Program-made: the position numbers and the translations under genes | NCBI GenBank assembly: GCA_030167865.1 | Contig: JALAGF010001061.1 | Coordinates: forward strand, 1 to 32,989 | Reading direction: 5' to 3' | Length of the DNA: 32,989 bases | Origin: Craspedostauros australis | Lineage: Eukaryota | Part shown: in pieces, positions 20,645 to 30,637 of the stretch | Position numbering within the stretch: position 1 is the stretch's first letter | Layout of the letters: every line of letters begins with the position of its first letter | The notes under the pieces: model-generated | Told to the model about the DNA's origin: nothing | Databases searched by the model: none | The model's input: only the letters and a program-made list of their open reading frames with translations

Positions 20645-20859
20645 CCTCCGACGGGTCGTTGTGTGATAGAGTCGGCACTGTAGCAAAATGTGTTGCTTCG
20701 GACATGGATGGGTGTATGAATGGGTGCATGTATGAATGGATGCATGGATGGGTTGCACATCCACGACTACTCTCACTTATCGTTTGCACTGCATCGTGCT
20801 TTCACCGCAACCCAACGAGAAGAAGGCGCGTCCTTGTGAGTTGTGGTTTGGAACCTGAA

Positions 20860-20867
20860 TTTGGCGC
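20860..20867. promoter_or_regulatory. E2F-type site TTTGGCGC upstream of TOP2
   Basis: Exact TTTSSCGC match ~215 nt upstream of the TOP2 ATG. A single 8-mer could be chance. Confidence 0.3.
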
Positions 20868-21937
20868 ATCCATCCATGGCCGATTGTGATGGATTGGATT
20901 CGGCATTTTGGTTGGTTTTGGGTGGATCGATGATCGGCACGTTTGCGGTTTTCATTGATACCTCCGAGATCGTGACTCAAAGTGCAACACGAATCCCGCC
21001 TTTGGAGCTGCAACAGTGGAAGAAAGCGCCATAATTGTCCGATATTTGATATGTGTCTCATAAGACATATATACGACATATCATACTGCATGCCGAAACT
21101 CGGCGTTTCATGCACGAAGAGAACGACCATGACACACAACGGAACACAGAAGAAGAAACAGAATGGAATGCGACGGCAACAGCAAAAAGGCCTCCTCTGT
21201 CACACAAACAGCACAGAGAGCGGCACAAAGGCGACGCGACACGGTGCGAGCAAAGCGAACGAAAACAGAACAGCCTCCACAGAGAGAGGAAACATCCTGT
21301 CTGCAAACCGTGTCCACACCAACATCAACGAAGACAAACGCACAGAACGGAGAGCCAAGGAGCAGAAAAGACTGTTGTTTCAAGAGGCCACCTCCGAACA
21401 CTCCCAGAGAGTACTATTCTACTACACACCACATCCGAGCTACGACCTTCCTCTTCTCATCTGCAATCATCTGCAATCATCTTCCTCCACTTCCAGAACA
21501 TTGCAGTGTTGCATCAATTGAGTCCGTTCTCGTCCATTCCGTGGCATCGCCAAAGAGATAGATAGAGAGAGGCTCCAGTTGCGAGTGCAGTTGGCATACT
21601 CCTCCAGTATCACCAGCAGCGTACGCTTGTCCTCACACTCCGCTCGTTATTGCTCAGGCACCACATCATTCCCTTCGAACCAGGAGAAGGCATCCAGCAT
21701 TCGAGCGACACAGCTCCAGAAGGGCATCCATCCGCACCTCTATACGAGGACTCTCGCACTGGACGGCAGCTGGTTCCAAGTTTGGCGGAGAGCACCAGAA
21801 CAAAGACGCGACTGAGTACGAGTGCACAGCGAAGGAGGATACTCCACACCACTCTGAGGGACCGTCAGACCTGTCACAGAAGCAGAGCAGAGGCAGAGGC
21901 AGAGGCAGACGCAGAGGAACAACCAAAGGTGGAGGCG

Positions 21938-24238
21938 ATGAGCAGCACCCAGAATGACACGGGCAACGACCCCGTGATCGCCACCAACTACGACGTGCTG
22001 TCGGATGAATCCAACGGCAACTTCGTCCTCTCCAGCTACAAGAATCACATCGGCAACAGCCGCTTTGAGGTGCTGGTGGTGATGCACCGCGAGTCCTACG
22101 ATCTGGGCCTTGGGAAGAACGATCATGAGGAATGCCGAAAGACCATCGATCGATTGATCGACGTGGTTTGCCATCGCGATGTGCCCACCTCAGTTCGCAA
22201 TCGGGGTCGGTTCCTCGTCAAGATGCCGCCCACGTCGACCGATGGCACCACGCGGTGGAGGATTCTGTCGGACGGTGAGGCGGGTGCCCTTGTGCAGCAT
22301 GCGCTCCTCACGCCGGAACCGGAAGATGATTTGGAGCCGTTGGCGGCATTTTCGGCGGCATTTCCAGGACCCACCATCGTCAACAACGGCGGCAACGCGG
22401 CAGACTTCGTGGACGGTCGTCGCAAGCGCGATCGCAGACGGTCTCTGCTGCGTCGGTCGGCTTCGGAAACCACGATGCTCGATGACAAGAAGAAGACCTA
22501 CCGCACCGACTTCTTCGAGCAGATGGGTCTGCAGAATGACGAACCGATCGGCGAAGGCCTTGGATACGACGCGGCCATCAACAACAGAAGCAACGCGAAT
22601 GGAAACGGCGACGGAGGTGGCAGCAATCAAGATGGCGGCAGAGGTGCGGATGGATTCAGCACAAACCGCAGAGGTGCACTGAGGACCAGGCGGTTCCAAC
22701 GCAGAACCAACATGGCACCTTCCTTCAGCGAGCGCAATTTGACCACCAGCGATTTCGGTCCCGCCTCCATCAATTCGTTCACGTCTTCTGGCGTCCGGAA
22801 ATTGGCGATAGGTATGACAGCTCCACCATTGTCATCATCGCCATTGTCATCATCGCCACCAACATCCTACGCAGGCGACTCCATGGTTCCACCGATGACC
22901 ACCCTCGCATCGCATCAATCACAGCCCATGCCACAACGACGACGGTCTCCTCACACCTTTTCCGCCACGGCACCTCCGAAGACCATGTCAATGACCACGC
23001 CGTCCATTCACAACAATATCAATGCCAACCTTGCCAATATTACCAACAACAGTATCGCCAATAACAGCACGAGCAGCACAAACAACCTCGACGCAACGCG
23101 GATACAGCAACAGCGACAGCAATCACCCATCCCGACCACCTTCGATTCGATCACGCCGGAAGCAAGCGGCAACTTCGTATCATCGTACAAATCAATGGAC
23201 ATCGTTCTCACCAAGAGCACAACGCAACTCGCCAAAAAGCCGGACGTCATAGGGAACAACCGACTCGAAGTCATGCTCTCGTTGCAACGCAACCGGTATC
23301 CCACCTTGTCACAAGCAGAACAGACGAAGGTGGCGGATGATCTGGTCAAGGCGGTCACTTCGTACTGGGGCGGACGGTTCCTGGTGGATTCGGGGTTTTC
23401 GTACATGGAGCTATCGCGCGACAGGGCCGTCACCGCCATCAAGTTCCTGCTCGACCCCACCATGAAGGCAACGCCGCAGCGGACCCACTCCTCCGATGGT
23501 GACACCATGACGCAAATGATCGCGCCGTTGCCAACAACGCAAATGCAACGCCATCAGTCAGCACCGATTCACAATCTACCGCAGATGAACATGAATGCAA
23601 ATCTCAACATGAATTTGAACATGAATGCGCATGCAATGGCCGCACTTTCGAACAACAACGGTGGTGGTAATAGTGGGGCGTACATGAACAACAGCAGCAC
23701 GTTTATGAACAACAACAGCAACAACGGCGGCGGTGGTGGAAGCAACATGAACAATAATTTCGCATCCATGATGATGACCAATGGGGGAAACCTCAACAAT
23801 GGCATGGCCAACAACGCCTTCCTCGGACAGCAGCAACAGCAACAGCAACAACAGCAGCAATTCTCACAAATGGCACCCATACCGACGACCTTGCCCAATT
23901 TTGGAGCAGCGCCAACAACGTCGCTGTCTCGCGCCATTTCCATGCCAATGCCAAGGGCGAACACGGGATCCACCTCTCCAACACCTGGATTCCCATCCGC
24001 GCCGCCCACCGGATTCAACCGACATAAATCGATTGACATGCTGCGAAGCGGATTGAATCCCGAGGCTCAGAACATGCAGTCGGCCGCCATCAAGAGTCTG
24101 CAACAACGCAAGGCGAAACGCGGGCTTGCCAAACGGCTGGGACAAGGCAAGACGACGAATCCCACCATGCTGCAAGGCTCCGTGCCGCCCTCCACTTTCA
24201 TGCGATTGAACAATTTGGATCAACCGAAAGGGCCATGA
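21938..24238 (+). CDS. Protein with two DUF6824-like domains and an N/Q/M/G-rich low-complexity C-terminus (~766 aa)
   Basis: Domain 1: YDVL...HIGNSRFEVLV...Y...RGRFLVK...WRIL...ALL. Domain 2: MDIVL...IGNNRLEVML...Y...GGRFLVD...YMEL...AIKFLL. The pattern was recognised from memory as the diatom-expanded DUF6824. First in-frame ATG is 21938. Confidence 0.8.
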   Translation: MSSTQNDTGNDPVIATNYDVLSDESNGNFVLSSYKNHIGNSRFEVLVVMHRESYDLGLGKNDHEECRKTIDRLIDVVCHRDVPTSVRNRGRFLVKMPPTSTDGTTRWRILSDGEAGALVQHALLTPEPEDDLEPLAAFSAAFPGPTIVNNGGNAADFVDGRRKRDRRRSLLRRSASETTMLDDKKKTYRTDFFEQMGLQNDEPIGEGLGYDAAINNRSNANGNGDGGGSNQDGGRGADGFSTNRRGALRTRRFQRRTNMAPSFSERNLTTSDFGPASINSFTSSGVRKLAIGMTAPPLSSSPLSSSPPTSYAGDSMVPPMTTLASHQSQPMPQRRRSPHTFSATAPPKTMSMTTPSIHNNINANLANITNNSIANNSTSSTNNLDATRIQQQRQQSPIPTTFDSITPEASGNFVSSYKSMDIVLTKSTTQLAKKPDVIGNNRLEVMLSLQRNRYPTLSQAEQTKVADDLVKAVTSYWGGRFLVDSGFSYMELSRDRAVTAIKFLLDPTMKATPQRTHSSDGDTMTQMIAPLPTTQMQRHQSAPIHNLPQMNMNANLNMNLNMNAHAMAALSNNNGGGNSGAYMNNSSTFMNNNSNNGGGGGSNMNNNFASMMMTNGGNLNNGMANNAFLGQQQQQQQQQQQFSQMAPIPTTLPNFGAAPTTSLSRAISMPMPRANTGSTSPTPGFPSAPPTGFNRHKSIDMLRSGLNPEAQNMQSAAIKSLQQRKAKRGLAKRLGQGKTTNPTMLQGSVPPSTFMRLNNLDQPKGP

Positions 24239-25793
24239 AGCGACGGTGCTGTACTGAACCAACGGTGAGGGCAGACATAAAATAGAAAGACGGAGAACGA
24301 AGACAGTGGGGTCAGCCGCACGCGATGCCTGGCACCGGATCGCGCAAGGCAAAGATCTCTCTCAAGTGCAAATGGTTGTTGGCGAGATTGGCAAGATCTT
24401 GGTGTCTCCTTTGCCCATTCCTTCAACAATTTGTTTGCTCGCTTGTTGTCCAAAGGTATGGCCTATCACAGAGCGCAACTTCAGTGCGATCGTATCTGCT
24501 CCACCACAAAGTGACTGCCAAAGACATCGAGAGGAGGATCTAAACTCGTCTTCCCTACTATACTGATAACATGAAATGTGCACAAGAATCCGAAAGAATG
24601 GAAATGAAGCAACGGATGGCTAATAGTCGAACTGGTCGAAGATACCTCCTCTTTCAGATTTTGATGCAACCAAGAACACCGAAAACGGGAGATGGGCACA
24701 CAACCACAATGTTGCAATCGACAACACCTCGTTGCCTCCACGCGCACTTTCCGTGAGACCAATCGCTGGGATGCAGATGGAACACAACACCAACGACCGC
24801 GATGGGAACAGAGACGCGTACCATTTAGTAATACATAGACGATGACAGCCATCGTGGATTTGGATCACGATGACTCGAGGATTCATAGAAAAATGATGAA
24901 TGCGGAAGCATACCATACGACCGAGACTGAGCGGAATGACAGTGAAACGGGGTTTGGACGCGACACCTTGCATTGGTACTCGAATACCCAACAAAACCTC
25001 AGAATAGTTGCTCTGCTCGCAAACAGAACAGCCACTTCGCCTGCCTCCGCTTTCATTTGCGTTGAACGAGACTTCACATCACAAAACACACAACACTCCC
25101 GAAAGAGGAACCCAAACATCACCCAGTCGCGACGAGGTCACAGGTCACCAGATTGCACGATCATCAAGGCGGACCAAGACGGAACAAGCTCGCAGAGTGA
25201 ACGATCGTAATCTCCGAGTCACCTGCAGCACGAGTCTCGTAGCGCCCATCCCAGCGACCACACGTCGTTACCATTCACGGTGTTCAGTCTTTCTCGGTGC
25301 TGCCGCGTCCATCAAAGGAGCTTCGCACGAGCGCTTTGGCCGCATCTGTTCCGAACCTCAGTTCGCACATACACTGCCTACAAGACTCTCCGTCGCACTC
25401 GCAATCTCAAGCAGCGTGCCAAACGCTAACACCGTCATCACACAAGCTCTCGCCAAGGGTTCATCGCGATTCAACGGTCCGTTGACTCGCCCACTCAAGC
25501 AACAATGACCACGGTCAATCTACGATTAGACCTGTACGTTGGCTGTGCTCGTGCTTGCCGTGGATTTGATGCACGCACCACTCGAGTGCGCGAATTGCAA
25601 TGATGTGCTGTGCGGAACAATGCTACAGGTGCTTGTCTTGCGTCTCGGTCTTCTGGGTATTGTCAAGGCTGAATGTTGCAACGTGCCTGGTTATCAATTC
25701 ATAAGCACAGCTTGCCACGGCAAGGCAGAACACGAACCTGCACTTTGGGACTCTTCGCAGCGCTGTTCTCATATGCGCCTCTGACTCACGCGG

Positions 25794-27734
25794 ATGTTTT
25801 TCTGGTCTCGTCTTTTCAATTCTGTTTGTATCTGTTTCGTCATCCTCCCTGGTGGAATCAAACTGAAACTGAACGAAAATGAAAACGGAATATGGGATGA
25901 AAGGGGTGGCTTTTCGACCCCAGTGTGGATGCGACAGCTGAACAAAGCATGGGACAAGGGCGATCTCAACACTGTGAAGGGCATCCTCGAATCACAAGGA
26001 TGGGCCATTCCTGCCATGACATTGAGCAGGTCTGATGTTGCACTGTTCGGTTCCCCCCATCAAAACCAAGATCGGCCCAGAGATACCATCGATTCCTTGA
26101 CACCCTTGCGTCAACTCCGTATTTGTTACAAGGTCCAAAACTGTTACGGTGAAACCTTGCTTCACATAGCTTGCAAATACGGCACCCGTGGCTTCATTAG
26201 GTACTTGCTGGGCCGCGATAGAATCAATACCAGCATGCTGGACAGGAGAGGCAACACCTTGGTCCATTGCGCATGCTACAACAGAAATTGCGGTGCGCTT
26301 AGGATCTTAATAGAATCGCGCCGAATGGATGTCGCCGCTGTCATCAACAGCCAGAATCTGGACGGTGACACGCCACTCCATGTTGCGTGCCGCTACGACA
26401 ACCGTAACAATGCTGAATACTTGATTCAAACAAATGAAATAGGGGTGGAAGTCAACGCCAACATTCGAAACAGCGCAGGTGACACACCTCTCCACTGCTC
26501 CTACCGCCATCAGAGAAGGGAAATAAATGAGGTTCTATTGGGATGCGATCGGATCGATGTCAGCCCGGAAGCCATCGGCCCCAACCAAGATGGCGACTCG
26601 GTGCTCCACCTTATCTGCAAATGGTGGTATCCCTCCACTGATGCGATTGTACATCTGAAGGATTCAGGTCGCTTCGACGTCAACACCATGCTTCGTGACA
26701 ACGGCGCTAAGCAAAACAGCGATGGTGACACCCCATTTCACGTCCTTCTTCGGCGTTGGCTTGGCAAAGCTGATGATGAGAACTTTTCAGCAATAGGTCA
26801 TCCCCAGGAGTGTTTCTGCACCTCAAACCACTCGCATGACGGAACCAGGCAGCAGCGCCCCGGCCCCTTTAGCCCTTGCACTTGCGGCTCGCCAAGGCAG
26901 GTGTTTAGTACGATGGTGGAGTTGTATCAAATCGCGACCACCAATAGCGCCGAAGCCACTGACGTTGGCAGCAGTTGCAAGCTCGACGACATCTTCAAGA
27001 TCCAAAACAACGACGGAAACACGCTCCTTCATCTTGTTTGTCTGCGGGGCGAACAACGCATGATGCAAGACTTGATCCGATCACGAATAGCGGATGTCAG
27101 CTTCTATTTGAAAAACAAGGAAGGTGATACGCCCTTTCACATTGCCTTCAGCAAGAGCGTCTTCCTCAAGATCGATCATGCCGTGAGGCTCGCTCAAAGT
27201 ACCAATGTGATTCAGCACGAAGTCGTATCCACAACCAATCTCAGCGACCTCTCCCAGCCAAGCAGTGATGCTGAGAGCATGAAAATCATCCAACGCTTGA
27301 TGGACCAGGCCAAACCGATTGCACACATCCAGAACCGCCACGGCGACACACTTCTCCATCTTGCCTGCAAGAATGGCGACGTTGGGGATCTCAGGCATCT
27401 GATTGCATGTGACTCGTTGGATGCTACGCTTCGAAATGACAATGGTGATACGCCATTGCATTGCATTTGTAACAATGTAGAGAGAGGCAATGATTACGAC
27501 AACTTGAAAAAATTCGAGGTGTTGATCGAAGCTCGCAACGTGAAGGCGGATGTGAACGCGACAAACAGTCAAGGGAACACGGTGCTGCACTGTGTGGTCC
27601 AGAATGGGTGGTGGAGAATGGAGCAATATCTGAGGAGGTTGGGCAGTCTTGATCCACATGTACGCAACGATGTTGGTGCAATTGCATCTTGTCTGGCACC
27701 TGAGAAGAAGCGAAGGAAGAGAGTCCTGATATAG
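25794..27734 (+). CDS. Ankyrin-repeat protein (~11 repeats); start uncertain (25794 or 25929)
   Basis: Repeats GETLLHIAC, GNTLVHCAC, GDTPLHVAC, GDTPLHCSY, GDSVLHLIC, GDTPFHVLL, GNTLLHLVC, GDTPFHIAF, GDTLLHLAC, GDTPLHCIC and GNTVLHCVV; C-terminal KKRRKR. Bases 25781-25903 resemble an intron 3' end (CTGAC, pyrimidine tract, AG). Confidence 0.92.
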   Translation: MFFWSRLFNSVCICFVILPGGIKLKLNENENGIWDERGGFSTPVWMRQLNKAWDKGDLNTVKGILESQGWAIPAMTLSRSDVALFGSPHQNQDRPRDTIDSLTPLRQLRICYKVQNCYGETLLHIACKYGTRGFIRYLLGRDRINTSMLDRRGNTLVHCACYNRNCGALRILIESRRMDVAAVINSQNLDGDTPLHVACRYDNRNNAEYLIQTNEIGVEVNANIRNSAGDTPLHCSYRHQRREINEVLLGCDRIDVSPEAIGPNQDGDSVLHLICKWWYPSTDAIVHLKDSGRFDVNTMLRDNGAKQNSDGDTPFHVLLRRWLGKADDENFSAIGHPQECFCTSNHSHDGTRQQRPGPFSPCTCGSPRQVFSTMVELYQIATTNSAEATDVGSSCKLDDIFKIQNNDGNTLLHLVCLRGEQRMMQDLIRSRIADVSFYLKNKEGDTPFHIAFSKSVFLKIDHAVRLAQSTNVIQHEVVSTTNLSDLSQPSSDAESMKIIQRLMDQAKPIAHIQNRHGDTLLHLACKNGDVGDLRHLIACDSLDATLRNDNGDTPLHCICNNVERGNDYDNLKKFEVLIEARNVKADVNATNSQGNTVLHCVVQNGWWRMEQYLRRLGSLDPHVRNDVGAIASCLAPEKKRRKRVLI

Positions 27735-28313
27735 GCGCTGACAGACACGAGACAAGGGAAACGCTGGTCCGGAGTGTGCGATGCTTTCTCTGGATCCTGT
27801 GGTGAGACCGAGACAACGGTAAATGAAAACTGGCACGAAGGAAAAGTGTCTGTTGGATCTTCCGCCGAAAGGAGCAACGTCATCATTCCGTTCACTGATC
27901 GTCTCTATGCCAACAAAATAAACTACTAAAAAGCTCCAGATCGGACGAAATTCAATGTATTGGTGTTCCTGTTGCGGACAGTTGCAGCCACCTCGCGACA
28001 CCGATGTGCTCGTACACCAACGCCTCATCATGGCACAGCGATACCTTTCAGAACGGGGATCCGTTCCTACGATCCGTTGTGAGGATGGTTTGCAAGCTCC
28101 ACACGCTTGTATTGACATTGACTCCGTCATTCTACTTCTTTCAGGCATATAGTTTTCGTCGGAGAGTGTCTATGTACCATATGGGACGAGTCACGGTAGA
28201 ATAGATCAACTGGGAGTCTACCTGCAGTCAGGAACAGTTCCATTGCTGGGTCCATCGTCCTTGTTCCCCCTCTGCCTTCATCCTGTTTCTACAAACCAGC
28301 ACGGGTAAGATCA

Positions 28314-29909
28314 TCACTTCCACATCTTCAAGGTCTTGTCAAAACCGCAGGAGACCAAGCAATCGTCGTGCGAAAAGTCGATGCCCATCACCTTGCCTTC
28401 GTGACCTCGCATGGTCGACAGCGTCTTCCAATCTCTTGTCGACCAGAGCTTCACCGTCCCGTCGAAGGAACTCGATCCCACTACCTCGCCGCGTCCGTGT
28501 TCCGACCTTCCGAATCTGAGCTGCGTGACGACGTTGGAATGCGCGGGGATCGAGACGAACTGCTTCTTCTTGCGAAGATCCCACACCTTGATCGTTCCGT
28601 CATCTCCGCACGTTGCCAGCTGGAATCCGTTGGGGCTGAATTCGGCGCACGTGACGCGCTTGGCATGTCCCATGAAGTGCATGATGGACTTGCCTATCCT
28701 CATGTCCCAGCATTGGATGATGCCGCCGAAGTCGGTCGTGCTGCACAAGGATCCGTCGGGGTGAAATCCGATGCCGTACACCTCCTTCCAGTGCCCATCC
28801 TGTAGCAGGATCTCCGAGCCGGTCTCGACATCCCACAGTCGCCACGAGTGATCGAAGCTGGTGGTGGCCACGTGATCGCCCATGGGATGGAACGCCACGC
28901 TGGACAATCGAGCAGCGTGGCCCTTCAGGTGAGCCGCTTCCTTGATGGTCCACTGCGACGCATCTTCGTTGTCGTTGCCATCGCTGTCGTCCATGGCGAC
29001 ATCGCTCGGCGCAACCTTCCACAGCTTGGCCGTCAGGTCGATGGAGGCGGTTGCGAGCATCGCCGTGTCATCCGCCATCTTCTGCACTGCAATGTTCATG
29101 ATTCTGTCCTCGTGGCAGACGTTCTTCTGTCCCAGCATGGACATCTCGGGCGACGAGCCATCCCAAAGCTTGATGGTCCCGCTCCAACTTCCTGTCGCGA
29201 TCAACGGGACGCCTTGAACCGTTTCCGAGCTGGCGCAGATGGAAGACATGACTCTGGCATCGCCGTACTGCGATCCCTGCAGTCCCATCGCCTTGCACTT
29301 CTTGTAGTACTCGAAGCAGCTGTCATCAATTCGATCCACATGTTTGGTTTTGCTCTTGCTCTTGCGCTTGCTCTTGGCATCGCCTTCGTCGTCGTCGTCA
29401 TCATCTTCCTTCTTCGATGCCCGCGCACGCTTGGCCTGCCATTGCCGCCGATGCTTGCGTTCCTTCTCCAGACGCTTCTGCGCGCGTTCGAAGGAAAACT
29501 TGGAGATCTTCTCACGCGCTTGCAGCAGCTCGGGCGACGCCGTCGTGTATTCCGTCTCCTTGCGTGGTTCGTCGTGCACGTCGTCGACCGCTTGCATCGC
29601 GCCTTGCATCATCTGACCGCTGCCGTCAACGGTGAATCCCTTCTCTTGCGCAACATCACGACGCGCCAACTCAAATCGCAGACGATCGCGCACGTTGGCC
29701 AAGTTCTCACCGAACAGACGCACGGGCAGGCCCATCTCTCGCAGGGCCTCGCGCACATCCTTCGGCAAGGTGGGCACATCGACGCTGGCGGCGCGCTTCT
29801 TGGCCTCCAGGTCCATGAGCATGCGCTGATGCTCCAATCGCTCCTTCTGGGATGACTCGTTCAGAGCGATGATCTCCGTGGCCACCGCCACATTCTGGAT
29901 TCCTGCCAT
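28314..29909 (-). CDS. PRPF4: U4/U6 snRNP protein PRP4 (PRP4 motif plus WD40 repeats), 531 aa, intronless
   Basis: N-terminal VPTLPKDVREALREMGLPVRLFGE PRP4 motif and SQYGDAR. WD40 repeats include GHAARLSSVAFHPMG...FDHSWRLWD, LLQDGH, FSPNGFQLAT and GHEGKVMGID...FDKTLKMW. Confidence 0.96.
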   Translation of the reverse strand: MAGIQNVAVATEIIALNESSQKERLEHQRMLMDLEAKKRAASVDVPTLPKDVREALREMGLPVRLFGENLANVRDRLRFELARRDVAQEKGFTVDGSGQMMQGAMQAVDDVHDEPRKETEYTTASPELLQAREKISKFSFERAQKRLEKERKHRRQWQAKRARASKKEDDDDDDEGDAKSKRKSKSKTKHVDRIDDSCFEYYKKCKAMGLQGSQYGDARVMSSICASSETVQGVPLIATGSWSGTIKLWDGSSPEMSMLGQKNVCHEDRIMNIAVQKMADDTAMLATASIDLTAKLWKVAPSDVAMDDSDGNDNEDASQWTIKEAAHLKGHAARLSSVAFHPMGDHVATTSFDHSWRLWDVETGSEILLQDGHWKEVYGIGFHPDGSLCSTTDFGGIIQCWDMRIGKSIMHFMGHAKRVTCAEFSPNGFQLATCGDDGTIKVWDLRKKKQFVSIPAHSNVVTQLRFGRSEHGRGEVVGSSSFDGTVKLWSTRDWKTLSTMRGHEGKVMGIDFSHDDCLVSCGFDKTLKMWK

Positions 29910-30585
29910 GGTTGTGCGTGTGGGATGCTCGATTGCGTGAGTAATGCGATTCTGTAGCTAGATATCGATATCGTTGTCGTCGCCTGTGCTCTGGAGGATG
30001 TTGCTGTTTTGCTCTCGCTCGTCCTTGTTCTCGATGAGTGTGATGGGTGGCGTCGGTGGAGGATGAGGAGTTGTGCAACGCTTCTGTTCCCGCCATCGTC
30101 GCCACCAGCCATCAACACGATGAAAGGAACAAAACCGAAATTGACACAAGATCTCAGTTTTTGGTGGGCATCCTTTATTCGATCGAGTCGATCAGTTGGA
30201 AGCACTCCGTTGAATCATACCATGCAAAAATTGAAGCCGACGGTTTCGGAAACGTTTCGACGTGTCTTGCAAACCAAAATTGTTGGACAAAAAGATTCGT
30301 CATTTTCTGCTTCACGACCGAGTTGTTTTGTGTCGGTATCGGCGATTGAACGGCACAAGTACGCAATGATGTGTCGTTTGACATGATCCACAAGAACGGA
30401 ATGCGATGTTGCGAGGATACAATGAGGTGTCGCACGAATGCAACTTCGTTGCGGATAAGATGTGATACGATACGATGTGGAGCGGAGCGGAGTGGAGCGG
30501 AGTAAGATGTGACGACAGCAACAATGGCGCTACTCTGTGCGAATGCTCGCCATGCACTGCATTCTTTCGGCACAGACACACCGTG

Positions 30586-30621
30586 GAACAAACCACAGAA
30601 CAAACCACAGAACAAACCGCA
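30586..30621. repeat. (GAACAAACCACA)x3 tandem repeat in the CA 5' region
   Basis: Read directly; the third unit has one mismatch. Confidence 0.85.
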
Positions 30622-30637
30622 GACCACAGAATAAAGA

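Noticed and set aside
24842..25510. ORFs of 122-166 aa between the DUF6824-like and ankyrin genes, and an ATGATGA...CTGA pair near 24893-24931
   Set aside because: No motifs or convincing coding signature; the box C/D pair lacks a terminal stem and is too short.
14021..29909. Two spliceosomal genes (SNW1, PRPF4) within ~16 kb
   Set aside because: They are separated by unrelated genes, and chance proximity is likely in a compact genome. No evidence of a functional cluster.
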